A stretch of DNA of 64,000 nucleotides, taken from Acidimicrobiia bacterium (GTDB lineage: Bacteria > Actinomycetota > Acidimicrobiia > Spongiisociales > ZC4RG35). A program made the position numbers and the translations under genes. Below, piece by piece: positions 10,052 through 19,225 of the stretch. The DNA is taken from the NCBI GenBank assembly GCA_965203555.1, contig CBDBCY010000004.1, positions 3,008,001 to 3,072,000 on the forward strand, written 5' to 3'. The notes under the pieces are model-generated. The model was given only the letters and a program-made list of their open reading frames with translations, made no database searches and had not been told where the DNA came from. Position 1 is the first letter of the stretch. Every line of letters starts with the position of its first letter.

Positions 10052-11467
10052 TCAGCCTCCCATTCGGGCGGTGCCCTTCAAGGCGTAGGAGATCACCGCC
10101 GCGGCTAGCGATCCCACCAGGATCCAGATAGCCATGGGGAGGAAGATCTCGTGAGCCCCGGCGAAAGCCTGGTAGATGCCGTAGATGGTGGCCAGTGCCC
10201 CGATGATGGGCACTACCAGCGGCAACCGGAAGGGACGCTCCGCTCCCGGGTCGTTCATCCGGCTGATGATCACCAGCAGGTGGTACGCCACATAGAGGAT
10301 CAGCCAGACGTAGGCGCCGGCGAAGATCAGGTCGACTACCGAACTGGCATAGTTACCGACCAGCACGTAGATGACGGCGGTCACGATGATGGCCGTCCAC
10401 GGAGTGCGGTACCGGGGATGCAGGTACGAGAAGATCCGGGAGAGCGGCCCGAAGAAGTGGCCGTTGCGGGAGATCCCGTACAGGATTCGCGGCATGCCGG
10501 CATAGACGATGGTCATCGAGGCGAAGGTGGCGAGCACGCTGGCCACCGCCATCAAGAGGCGGCCGCCGTCGCCCCAGAATTCGCGTCCCACGAACAACTG
10601 GGTGCAGTTGCCTGCACATCCAGAGGCCTCCAGTCCACCCTGCCAGGTGCTGGTGGCGTCGGTGCCGAGCACGCCGAAGCCCATGAACAGCGAGGTGGCC
10701 AGGATGGCGACCAGACCCCAAACGATGCCCTTGGGGATCATGCGGCCCGGGTCCTTGGTCTCTTCGGCGAGGGGACCGACGAACTCGATCCCGATGAACG
10801 ACCATATGGCGATGATGAGCCCGGCGGCGATCACCCCCTCGGAGCCGAACCAGTTCCACATACTGAGCCCCGCGTCCCAGTTGCCGGCGCTCCAGCCTCC
10901 CGTGTTGCCGGCGCCGAAGTACCCGAACAGGCCGAAGATCCAGCGGATGGCGAGCATCACCACCACCACCAGCAACTCCACCCTGGCGAGAATCTGGATT
11001 CCCAGCAGGTTGGGTATGACTGCCAGGACGGTCATGCCGATAATCCACGGCAGCAGACTTTCCTCCATGATGCTCAGGTCGTCGGAGACGAACAGAGCCC
11101 GCAGTCCGAATGCGCCCGCGTTGGTCTCCAGCGCGCCGACGAAACCGAACATCGCATAGAAGGAGAACCCGAGGAAGATTCCGGTTATGGCTGCCTTGGC
11201 CCCCTTCCCCCCGAAAGCGGCGGCTCCGTAGTCGTAGAGCGCGCCGGCTTTGGGATAGGTCACCGCCAACTCGGCGGCGGAAAGGCCCAGGAGCAGGTTG
11301 ATTACAAAGGCCATAATCAAGGCCATGGCAAAGGCGGTGCCGATGCCGATCCACCCCTCGAAGTCCGAAACCAGGGTGGAACTGGCTACCACCAGACCGA
11401 CCCCGGCCATGAAGACGTCCCGGGTGGAGAGTGCCTTGATGAGGCCCTGGTCTGTACTAGAAGTCAA
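10052..11467 (-). CDS. APC family amino acid/amine permease
   Basis: About 12 hydrophobic segments, AELAVTYPKAGALYDY, SFIGIE....LAEETKDP, HPRYRTP, ERPFRLP. TTG start at 11467 with AAGGAGG RBS. Confidence 0.9.
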   Translation of the reverse strand: MTSSTDQGLIKALSTRDVFMAGVGLVVASSTLVSDFEGWIGIGTAFAMALIMAFVINLLLGLSAAELAVTYPKAGALYDYGAAAFGGKGAKAAITGIFLGFSFYAMFGFVGALETNAGAFGLRALFVSDDLSIMEESLLPWIIGMTVLAVIPNLLGIQILARVELLVVVVMLAIRWIFGLFGYFGAGNTGGWSAGNWDAGLSMWNWFGSEGVIAAGLIIAIWSFIGIEFVGPLAEETKDPGRMIPKGIVWGLVAILATSLFMGFGVLGTDATSTWQGGLEASGCAGNCTQLFVGREFWGDGGRLLMAVASVLATFASMTIVYAGMPRILYGISRNGHFFGPLSRIFSYLHPRYRTPWTAIIVTAVIYVLVGNYASSVVDLIFAGAYVWLILYVAYHLLVIISRMNDPGAERPFRLPLVVPIIGALATIYGIYQAFAGAHEIFLPMAIWILVGSLAAAVISYALKGTARMGG

Positions 11468-11593
11468 TGGGGTCCTCCTTACCGTAGCTGTTACTGCGCG
11501 GCGAACCACCCGGGCTCGCCTCACTAGTTATCCCGACTCACTATACCTCCCGGCCCCGGCGCCCTTTGGCAAACTCTCGACATTCCTCGTTCC

Positions 11594-11998
11594 TCAGGAC
11601 TCCAACTCGTCGACCAGCACGGCGTCGACTTCGATCTCGACCATCATGCCTTCCACCGTCAAGCCGGCCTCCACGCCGGTCAGCACCGGTTCAATCCCCC
11701 GGAAACGCTCGCCGTGGGCCCGGATGAATCCCCCTGCGGCTGCACCCATGTCGGAGAGAAACGCCCGGGTTCTGACCACGTCGGAGAGGCATGAGCCGAC
11801 TTCGCCCAGGGCCTTGTCGATGCGGTCGAGAATGTAGTGGGTCTGGGCGTAGGCGTCCCCGGGCGCATGCAGTTTCCCGCTCGGCTCCACGGCGGTGGTG
11901 CCTGCCACGAACACGAACGGCCCCACCCGGCGCGCCCGGACATACGACCCCACCTCCTCGAATCTTCCCCCTCCCCGGGCGGTGCGTATCACAACCAT
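11594..11998 (-). CDS. RidA/YjgF family protein
   Basis: SYVRARRVGPFVFVAGTT, DAYAQT, LSDVVRTR, MVEIEVDA. Confidence 0.88.
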   Translation of the reverse strand: MVVIRTARGGGRFEEVGSYVRARRVGPFVFVAGTTAVEPSGKLHAPGDAYAQTHYILDRIDKALGEVGSCLSDVVRTRAFLSDMGAAAGGFIRAHGERFRGIEPVLTGVEAGLTVEGMMVEIEVDAVLVDELES

Positions 11999-12122
11999 CT
12001 GCGGTGCTTTCGGGCCGACATGGGTGCTGTACAGGGTAACGGATGCTATGAAGGGCGGGGAAGGGAGCGCTCGTCGTGAAGGCGCGCTCCGCGCGCTGGT
12101 GCTTCCACGCAGCGCGCCGGGG

Positions 12123-13205
12123 TCACGGACTCCAGGCGCGGGCGCGGCGGAGAAACACCTCTGGGTCGGCGCGCCATTCGGGGTAGCCGATCGCCCGGTG
12201 GTCGGTGAGATAGTCGAGCTTGTCGTTGAGGCAGGCGAGGAGGGCCTGCTCGGCGACCGGCAGCGTCCAGCCTCCGAGTTCCATCTCCGGATCGAAGGCG
12301 GTGACCGCGAACACGCCATCGTCTGCATGGCGGTAGACGGCTTCCCGGTTACCGGTGTCCCCGCTGGCGAACGCGTCGATCGAACCGTCGCGCAGGGCGT
12401 CGAGCAGTTCCATCTCGCCTATGTCCTCTCCCAGGTAGACCACCACGGGCATATCGGGGGAGGGGGGTTCCAGGAGCATGCGCGTTTGCAGATTCGGTGA
12501 TGACCCGGCGGCGGTGATCACGAAGCCATCGGTACCGTCGGCGATCGATGTTCCCGACTCCGTGACCACCCGCGTTCCGGCGGCCAGCACTCCCCGGGAG
12601 TCCGCCAAGCCGGTCAACTGGAGCAGGCGGGCCTCCCCGGTGGTACCCGCCAGCACCCCCACCCGGGAGTCGTCGGTCAGATGGTCGTGGGTGGGATAGC
12701 GGTTCTCCTCCCCGGCTCGCACCAGAAGCGACTGGCGGAAGGCGATGTGTCCCGATGTGAAGTCCACCACCCGGTTCCCCTCAGCGTCGCGGGTGCGGGA
12801 CTCGAGGATGGTGATGCCACCTCCGGCGATGTCGAACTCGTCTCCGGCGGGCAGCAGCCAGATATCCGGCCACTCGGCGACCGGTGTGCGACTGAAACGC
12901 AGCCCCGCGCCCTCCATCGCCTCCAGGGCGGCGAGCAAATCCGACTCATAGCCCAGGTGCTCGCCGAACCCTGCGGAGTCGGGATCGGGATCGGCGCTGT
13001 GGCTGACCGGGTCGAAGAAGGCGTAGAAGGCGAAGCGGAGCGTCCGCCCCTCGGCGCATGCCCCATAAGGGTCGCTCGCCGGAGCGGAGTCTCCGGTTAC
13101 ACAGGCCGATCCCAGGCCCAGCACCAACCCCACCGCCAGCACGGCCAAGCGGCGGGAGGGCGGTCCAACGAGCATCGCGGTCGGAGGGTAGTTGGATGTT
13201 GCCAC
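12123..13205 (-). CDS. Extracellular substrate-binding lipoprotein (SBP family 3-like), no permease adjacent
   Basis: Lipobox-like LGSAC after a hydrophobic segment, GYESDLL, DIAGGGITILESR, FTSGH...RQSLLVR, VGVLAGTTGE. Confidence 0.72.
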   Translation of the reverse strand: MATSNYPPTAMLVGPPSRRLAVLAVGLVLGLGSACVTGDSAPASDPYGACAEGRTLRFAFYAFFDPVSHSADPDPDSAGFGEHLGYESDLLAALEAMEGAGLRFSRTPVAEWPDIWLLPAGDEFDIAGGGITILESRTRDAEGNRVVDFTSGHIAFRQSLLVRAGEENRYPTHDHLTDDSRVGVLAGTTGEARLLQLTGLADSRGVLAAGTRVVTESGTSIADGTDGFVITAAGSSPNLQTRMLLEPPSPDMPVVVYLGEDIGEMELLDALRDGSIDAFASGDTGNREAVYRHADDGVFAVTAFDPEMELGGWTLPVAEQALLACLNDKLDYLTDHRAIGYPEWRADPEVFLRRARAWSP

Positions 13206-13254
13206 TTCTGAGGGTCAACCTCCGCATGGCGATGTGTTCGGTTCGCTATTCTGA

Positions 13255-13644
13255 TTGGGAACTGTGAACGGAAGAGAGTCCTGCTTTACCGGAGAACCGG
13301 GTGTTTGTGACCTGACGGGTGAGGTGATCCTCTCCCCCGAAGAGATGGCTGTAGATTTGGAACTGGCTCACAATCCACCTGACCCGAGCAAGTGGTCGGG
13401 GCGCCGATCAACACCCGAGGAATTAGAGGAACTGTCGAAAGGCGCTGATGCCCTATTCGCCCAGATGACCACGGACCAGCAGGTCTATTATCTGATCGCG
13501 GTGACGGCGTCGGAGGCGGCTGAGAAGTTCGCTCGGATTGAGCCCGGTTTGAGAGAGCGCCTGTGGGAGGCAATTCCTGATGATCGGAGGGAGGCCATAA
13601 CTTCACACTGGAGAGGTGGGAACAGGGTAACGCTATCGGCCTGA
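13255..13644 (+). CDS. Hypothetical acidic protein, possible antitoxin
   Basis: Acidic ORF of up to 129 aa (start uncertain). Its stop overlaps the next small ORF (CTGA). Confidence 0.45.
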   Translation: MGTVNGRESCFTGEPGVCDLTGEVILSPEEMAVDLELAHNPPDPSKWSGRRSTPEELEELSKGADALFAQMTTDQQVYYLIAVTASEAAEKFARIEPGLRERLWEAIPDDRREAITSHWRGGNRVTLSA

Positions 13645-13883
13645 GCATCCTGCGGTCGGCGTACAAGCACGGTTACACGAGAGCGGACATCACCAGGGGG
13701 TTGAGTGTGTTGCTGGGGGAGGCCTATGACTACCCGCGAAGCGGCGTACGCACGGTGATCGGGTTGGACTCCAACGACAATCCGATCATTGTGATGGTCA
13801 ACATGGAGCGAGGGGTGGTGTTCCATGTTTCCCGGTTTGAGAAGAAATACGAATGGATGCTGTGGAGACAGCCATGTACGTGA
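13641..13883 (+). CDS. Small putative toxin (SAxKHG...IG.D...FH..R type, BrnT/RelE-like fold by inference)
   Basis: Extending 13701..13883 upstream in frame gives LSILRSAYKHGYTRADI...TVIGLDSNDNPIIVMV...VVFHVSRFEKKY. No canonical start precedes the SAYKHG motif. Confidence 0.45.
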   Translation: MSILRSAYKHGYTRADITRGLSVLLGEAYDYPRSGVRTVIGLDSNDNPIIVMVNMERGVVFHVSRFEKKYEWMLWRQPCT

Positions 13884-13958
13884 GTGGTCGGGGGGACAGA
13901 CAGGGCTTCGGGGTGGGTAAAGTGGTTGGGAGAAACCCCGCCGGTCACCCCTTTGCCG

Positions 13959-15590
13959 ATGATTGAGAACCAGCCAGAGACCACCTCCGGGGTCCCGCTC
14001 AAACTGCTGTACGGGCCGGAGGATGTCCCACCCGGGATCAGGGAGGCGCTCGACGCTCCCCCGGGTCGGGCGCCCTATCTGCGGGGGGCCTATCCGCGGA
14101 TGTACCGCGACCGGGCGTGGAGAATCTTTCAACTTTCTGGATACGGCAACCCCGAGGACATGAACGAGCGGCTCAAGTTTCTCCTGTTCGAAGCGGGTGA
14201 GACCGGGATCATCATCAAGCACGACCGGATGACCGACGATCATCTCTACGACGTCGACCACCCCGAGATCGTGGAGAGGCGAGAGGACGTGGGCCTGACC
14301 GGCACGGTCACGGTCGGCCTGCGGGACTACGAGACCATCCTCTCGGGCCTGCCCCTCGAGTCCATCTACGCCAAGCCGGGAGGAGGGGTCCCCCAATCGG
14401 CGGTGTACACGCTTCCCTCCTACTGGTCGGTGGCCAGCCGCCGGGGGATACCGCTCGAGAAGCTGGCGGGGACCGGACAGAGCGACTTCTTCCTCACCTA
14501 CCTGGGGTGTCCCACCAAGGAGCAGATCCCGCCCGAGGCGGCCATCCGCTTCAACCTGGATCTGATCGAATGGTGCTCCGAGCGCATGCCCCGCTGGGTG
14601 CCGGTCTCGGTCGCCGGCTACAACGCGGCGGACAGCGGGCTGTCGGCCCACCAGGAGTTGGGGGCGGTGATGGCCAACGCCGTCCAGTACCTGGACATGA
14701 TCGCCGCCCGGGGGAAGGTGGATGTGGAGCGGCTGGCTCACCGGATCGGAGGGGTCAATTTCCGGGTCTCCATGGAGGTGTTCGAGGACGCCGCCAAGCT
14801 CCGGGCGGCCCGCAAGATGTGGTCGGACCTGCTCGAACAGCGTTACGGGATCACCGACGAGAAGGCCCGGCAGATGAGGATCCACGTGGTGACCGCCGGC
14901 AGCGCCATGACCTACCAGGAGCCCTTCAACAACATCGTGCGGGGCACCCTGATGGCGCTGTTCTCGGTGCTGGGGGGGACCCAGTCTCTGGGAGTGTCCG
15001 GATACGACGAGGCCATGTCGATTCCCTCCGACCATGCCCACCTGATGTCCATCCGCATCCAGCAGATACTCCAGAACGAGATAAACCTGCGGGAGGTGGC
15101 CGATCCGCTGGGCGGGAGCTTCTACATAGAGTCGCTGACCGGAGAACTGGAACAGCGGGGCTGGGAGTTCTTCGAGCAGATCCAGTCCCGGGGAGGGTTT
15201 CTGGCGGTGCTCGACGACGGGTTTCTGCTGGAGTGTGCCGAGGAGAACAACCAGCGGATCGCGGTGGGGATGGAGACCGGCGAGCGGGCCGTCGTCGGCG
15301 TCAACACCCACACCATCGACGATCCCATCATGGACGTGCAGGCCTTCGAGGGTCGGTCGGGGGCCCAAACCTGGGAGATGGCCATGGATCGTCTCTCCGA
15401 GTTGCGCCGCACCCGCCACCGGCGCGGGGCGATGGAGGCGCTCCACCATCTTGAAACCGTGTGCCGCAACGACTCGGTGAACGCCATACCGGCGTTTATG
15501 GAAGCGGTGAGCGCCGATGCCTCCATCGGGGAGATAGGGGACGTGTTGAGGGAGACTTTCGGAGACTGGCAGGCGCCGATCAGTGTCTGA
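13959..15590 (+). CDS. AdoCbl-dependent acyl-CoA mutase large subunit (methylmalonyl-CoA mutase family), atypical active site
   Basis: TTSGVPLK, PGRAPYLRGAYPRMY, AKLRAARKMW, QEPFNNIVR, LGGTQSL, YDEA, DPLGGSFYIESLT, VVGVN. Alternative start GTG 13884. Confidence 0.9.
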   Translation: MIENQPETTSGVPLKLLYGPEDVPPGIREALDAPPGRAPYLRGAYPRMYRDRAWRIFQLSGYGNPEDMNERLKFLLFEAGETGIIIKHDRMTDDHLYDVDHPEIVERREDVGLTGTVTVGLRDYETILSGLPLESIYAKPGGGVPQSAVYTLPSYWSVASRRGIPLEKLAGTGQSDFFLTYLGCPTKEQIPPEAAIRFNLDLIEWCSERMPRWVPVSVAGYNAADSGLSAHQELGAVMANAVQYLDMIAARGKVDVERLAHRIGGVNFRVSMEVFEDAAKLRAARKMWSDLLEQRYGITDEKARQMRIHVVTAGSAMTYQEPFNNIVRGTLMALFSVLGGTQSLGVSGYDEAMSIPSDHAHLMSIRIQQILQNEINLREVADPLGGSFYIESLTGELEQRGWEFFEQIQSRGGFLAVLDDGFLLECAEENNQRIAVGMETGERAVVGVNTHTIDDPIMDVQAFEGRSGAQTWEMAMDRLSELRRTRHRRGAMEALHHLETVCRNDSVNAIPAFMEAVSADASIGEIGDVLRETFGDWQAPISV

Positions 15591-16002
15591 CTATTCGCAG
15601 CCCCCTGCCCGGGTTCTGGTTGCTAAGAGCAGCCTGGACGGCCATTGGCGGGGTGTGGCGGTGGTCTCCCGGGCCCTTCGGGAAGCGGGCTTCGAGGTGA
15701 TCCTGGGCGGGATGCTCCGCCCCAGCGAGATCGCCGGCGTTGCGGCGGCCGAGGACGTCGACCTGGTGGGGATAAATGTGGGCGGCCGGGTGGAGGTGGT
15801 GGAGAGGGCATTGGACGAGATGGAATCGGCGGGAGTGGGGGACATCCCGGTGTTCGTGGGGGGAACGGTTCCTCCCCAGGCCATCCCCCGCCTGACCGAC
15901 CGGGGAGTGGAGGTTTTTCCGCCCGGAAGTTCACTGGGCGTCATCGTTGACTCGGCCCGCCGTCTCACAGGACGAAACATTCCTCCTGGCGGACTTTCGT
16001 AG
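15583..16002 (+). CDS. Cobalamin-binding small subunit of the acyl-CoA mutase
   Basis: AKSSLDGHWRG (DxHxxG), LREAGFEVI, EDVDLVG, VFVGGTVP. Overlaps the large subunit stop. Confidence 0.9.
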   Translation: MSDYSQPPARVLVAKSSLDGHWRGVAVVSRALREAGFEVILGGMLRPSEIAGVAAAEDVDLVGINVGGRVEVVERALDEMESAGVGDIPVFVGGTVPPQAIPRLTDRGVEVFPPGSSLGVIVDSARRLTGRNIPPGGLS

Positions 16003-16056
16003 CGCCTATCCTGGTATTTTAACGGCTAAATCCCCGCTAGAGCAGGAGAAACTCCA

Positions 16057-17787
16057 ATGGTGATGACCCCGAGCGAAGCCTTGGTCGAGACTCTTCGGAC
16101 CGAGGGCGTGACTGACGTGCCGGGAATTGTCGGATCGGCTTTCATGGACGCGCTCGATCTCTTTCCCGCGGCCGGTATCCGATTCTTATCGGTTCGCCAC
16201 GAGCAGAACGCAGCTCATATGGCCGACACCTACGCCCGGGCCACCGGACGCCCCTCGGTATGCACCGCTCAGAACGGCCCCGGCATCACCAACATGGTCA
16301 CCGGTATCGCCGCAGCCTATCACGCCCACTCTCCGGTGGTGATCATCACCCCCTCGGCCACCTCCGGCTCGGTGGGGCTGGATGGCTTCCAAGAGGTGGA
16401 GCAACTGTCCATCTTCCGCAGCATCACCAAATTCCAGTTGCAGGTTCCCCGTCCCGACCGGATGGCCGAGTCCATGAGGACCGCCTTCCGGATGGCGATG
16501 GCCCATCTGGGTCCCGTACAAGTCGACGTTCCCCGGGACTTTTTCTACGGCGAGTCCCGCGAGCAGGTCCTTTCTCCCAACCAGTATCGCTCCGAGGATC
16601 GGGGCGCCGGGGATCCGGCCCTGCTGGACCGGGCCGCCGCCATCCTCTCGGAAGCCCGCAACCCGGTGATCGTGGCCGGATACGGGGTAGTGCTGTCGGG
16701 CGCCTACGGGGAGACCGCCCGGTTGGCCGAGCAGCTCAGTGCCCCGGTGGCCACTTCCTATCTGCACAACGACGCCTTTCCCTACACCCACCCCCTGTCG
16801 GTGGGGCCCCTGGGTTACATGGGCTCCAAGGCCGCCATGGAACTTCTTTCCGAAGCCGATGTGGTCCTGATGCTGGGTTGCCGGATAAACGTATTCGGCA
16901 CCGTGCCCCAGTACGGGCTGGACTTCTATCCCCGTTCGGCCAAGGTGGTGCAGATCGATATCGACCCCGAGCAGTTGGGCCGCTCCAAGCCCATCGAGCT
17001 GGGAATCATCGCCGATGCCCGCCAGGCAGCCCGTGCCATTTCGGCCCGGTTGGCCGCTGCCGGGGACCGTCCGGTCGACCAGGCGCGGCTGCACCATGTC
17101 GCTGACGCCAAGGCCCGCTGGGAGAAGGAACTGTCTGCCCGCTCGGCCTCCGATTCCACTCCCATCAGTCCCCGCCGGGCGCTCGGTGAGCTGTCGGCCC
17201 AGCTCACCGACGACACGTTCGTCACCACCGACATCGGCAACATCTGCTCGGTCTCCAACGGCTACCTTCGCTTCACCAAACCGCGCCGGTTCATGGCCGC
17301 CATGGGATTCGGGAACTGCGGGTTCGCCTATCCGGGCGCGCTCGGGGCCAAGCTTGCCTCGCCCGGGTCCCCGGTGGTGGCCATCGTCGGGGACGGAGCG
17401 TGGGGGATGAGTCTCAACGAGGTGATGACCGCGGTGGAGGAAGACCTGCCGGTGACGGCGGTGGTCTTCAACAACCAGCAGTGGGGAGCGGAGAAGCGCA
17501 ACCAGATCGACTTCTACGACGATCGCTTCGTGGGCACCAACATCGGACACCGGTTGGGAGGGTTCCACTTCGCCGACATCGCTACCGCCATGGGTGGGCG
17601 GGGAATCAGGGTAACCGACCCCGCCGATCTCAAGGACGCCTTCGGGGATGCGATCGATCCCGAGGTGGCTACCGTGGTGGAGGTGATGGTCGACCCCGAG
17701 GAGTTGGCCGAGCCCTTCCGCCGGGACGCTCTGCAGCAGCCGGTGCGGCACTTGGAGCGCTACCGGCATCTGGCCGCCAAGATTTAG
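16057..17787 (+). CDS. xsc: Sulfoacetaldehyde acetyltransferase
   Basis: MTPSEALVETL, GIVGSAFMDALDLFPAAGIRF, GDGAWGMS ThDP motif and QWGAEKRNQIDFYDDRFVGT, EPFRRDAL, all characteristic of Xsc. AGGAG RBS. Confidence 0.92.
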   Translation: MVMTPSEALVETLRTEGVTDVPGIVGSAFMDALDLFPAAGIRFLSVRHEQNAAHMADTYARATGRPSVCTAQNGPGITNMVTGIAAAYHAHSPVVIITPSATSGSVGLDGFQEVEQLSIFRSITKFQLQVPRPDRMAESMRTAFRMAMAHLGPVQVDVPRDFFYGESREQVLSPNQYRSEDRGAGDPALLDRAAAILSEARNPVIVAGYGVVLSGAYGETARLAEQLSAPVATSYLHNDAFPYTHPLSVGPLGYMGSKAAMELLSEADVVLMLGCRINVFGTVPQYGLDFYPRSAKVVQIDIDPEQLGRSKPIELGIIADARQAARAISARLAAAGDRPVDQARLHHVADAKARWEKELSARSASDSTPISPRRALGELSAQLTDDTFVTTDIGNICSVSNGYLRFTKPRRFMAAMGFGNCGFAYPGALGAKLASPGSPVVAIVGDGAWGMSLNEVMTAVEEDLPVTAVVFNNQQWGAEKRNQIDFYDDRFVGTNIGHRLGGFHFADIATAMGGRGIRVTDPADLKDAFGDAIDPEVATVVEVMVDPEELAEPFRRDALQQPVRHLERYRHLAAKI

Positions 17788-17804
17788 ATGAGGAGAATGT
17801 TCAC

Positions 17805-19145
17805 ATGACCACCACTGTCACGACCAACGCCTTGGCACACACGGCCCTGCACTTCACTCCGGGAGCGCTGTGGCGAAGCGGAGGCGCCCCGACCTGGGTC
17901 AGAGGAGAGGGAATCCGTATCTGGGACCAGGACGGGAACTCCTACATCGACGGTCTGGCCGGTTTGTTCTCCGTCCAGATCGGCCACGGCCGGGCGGACA
18001 TCGCCGCCGCCGCCGGCGAGCAGATGAAGACCCTTGCCTACATGCCTTCCTGGTCGGCCACCACCCCGGTCACCATCGAGGCGTCCAACATGATCGCTTC
18101 TCTGGCGCCGGGCGACCTGGATGTTGTGTTCCTGGTCTCTTCCGGCTCCGAGGCGGTGGAGTCAGCCATCAAATTCTCCCGCCAGTACCACTCTGCTCGC
18201 AACGAACCCCGCCGTGTGAAGGTGATCAGCCGCCACCTGTCCTATCACGGGACCACCATGGGCGCCCTGTCGGCCACCGGCCTGCCGGGCATCCGGGAGG
18301 CCTACGGTCCGCTGCTGTACGGATTTCGAAAGGTCCCCAACACCTTGGGCTTCGACGACGGGGTGGAGGCGGCGTCCCGGGTGGAGCAGGCCATTGTCGA
18401 GGAGGGCCCCGAGACGGTGGCGATGGTGCTGGCCGAGCCGGTTCAGAACGGGGGCGGCGCCATCGTTCCTCCCGCCGGATACTGGCAGGAACTGCGACGC
18501 ATCTGCGACAAGTACGGGGTGCTGCTGTGCGCCGACGAGGTGATCAACGGATTCGGCCGTCTGGGAGAGTGGTTCGGTGCGGGGCTGATGGGCGTGGTGC
18601 CCGATCTGATCACCTTCGCCAAGGGCGCCACCTCTTCCTACGCGCCGATCGGAGGACTCCTGATCCGCCGGTCCGTCTTCGAGGAACTGATGGATTCCCA
18701 TATCGGCACCTTCAACCACGGCGCCACCTGGGGTGGCCATGCGGTGGTGGCCGCCACCGCGGTCGCCAACCTGACCGCCCTCCGCGACGAGGATGTGGTG
18801 GGCAACGTTCGGAACCTGGGCGGATACTTCCGGGAACAGTTGGAGCGGATGGCCGCCGGGCACCGGATGGTAAGCGATATACGGGGGACCGGGTTCTTCT
18901 ATGCGGTGGAGTTGACCGCCGACCGGGAGACGGGACGGCGATTGACCTCCGAACAGGCGGACGTTCTGTTGAAGCAGACCCTGCCTCCCATCATGATGGA
19001 TGCCGGTCTCTACACCCGAGCCGATGACCGGGGAGAACCCAAAATCCTCCTCTGCCCGCCTCTGATCTCCACCCGTTCGGACATCGACGACATGGTGTCG
19101 ATGGTCGACCGGACCCTGGAGAAGGTCGGCGGCATGGACTGGTGA
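17805..19145 (+). CDS. tpa: Class III PLP aminotransferase, probable taurine--pyruvate aminotransferase
   Basis: YIDGLAGL, SGSEAVE, SYHGTT, ADEVINGFGRLG, PDLITFAKG. Immediately after xsc; substrate assignment rests on context. Confidence 0.72.
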   Translation: MTTTVTTNALAHTALHFTPGALWRSGGAPTWVRGEGIRIWDQDGNSYIDGLAGLFSVQIGHGRADIAAAAGEQMKTLAYMPSWSATTPVTIEASNMIASLAPGDLDVVFLVSSGSEAVESAIKFSRQYHSARNEPRRVKVISRHLSYHGTTMGALSATGLPGIREAYGPLLYGFRKVPNTLGFDDGVEAASRVEQAIVEEGPETVAMVLAEPVQNGGGAIVPPAGYWQELRRICDKYGVLLCADEVINGFGRLGEWFGAGLMGVVPDLITFAKGATSSYAPIGGLLIRRSVFEELMDSHIGTFNHGATWGGHAVVAATAVANLTALRDEDVVGNVRNLGGYFREQLERMAAGHRMVSDIRGTGFFYAVELTADRETGRRLTSEQADVLLKQTLPPIMMDAGLYTRADDRGEPKILLCPPLISTRSDIDDMVSMVDRTLEKVGGMDW

Positions 19146-19225
19146 CCGCACTCCCGATACGATTCGTAATACACGTTTAGATACGATTTGTTGAATAGGT
19201 TGAATAGTCAGGGGGAGCCGTCTTC

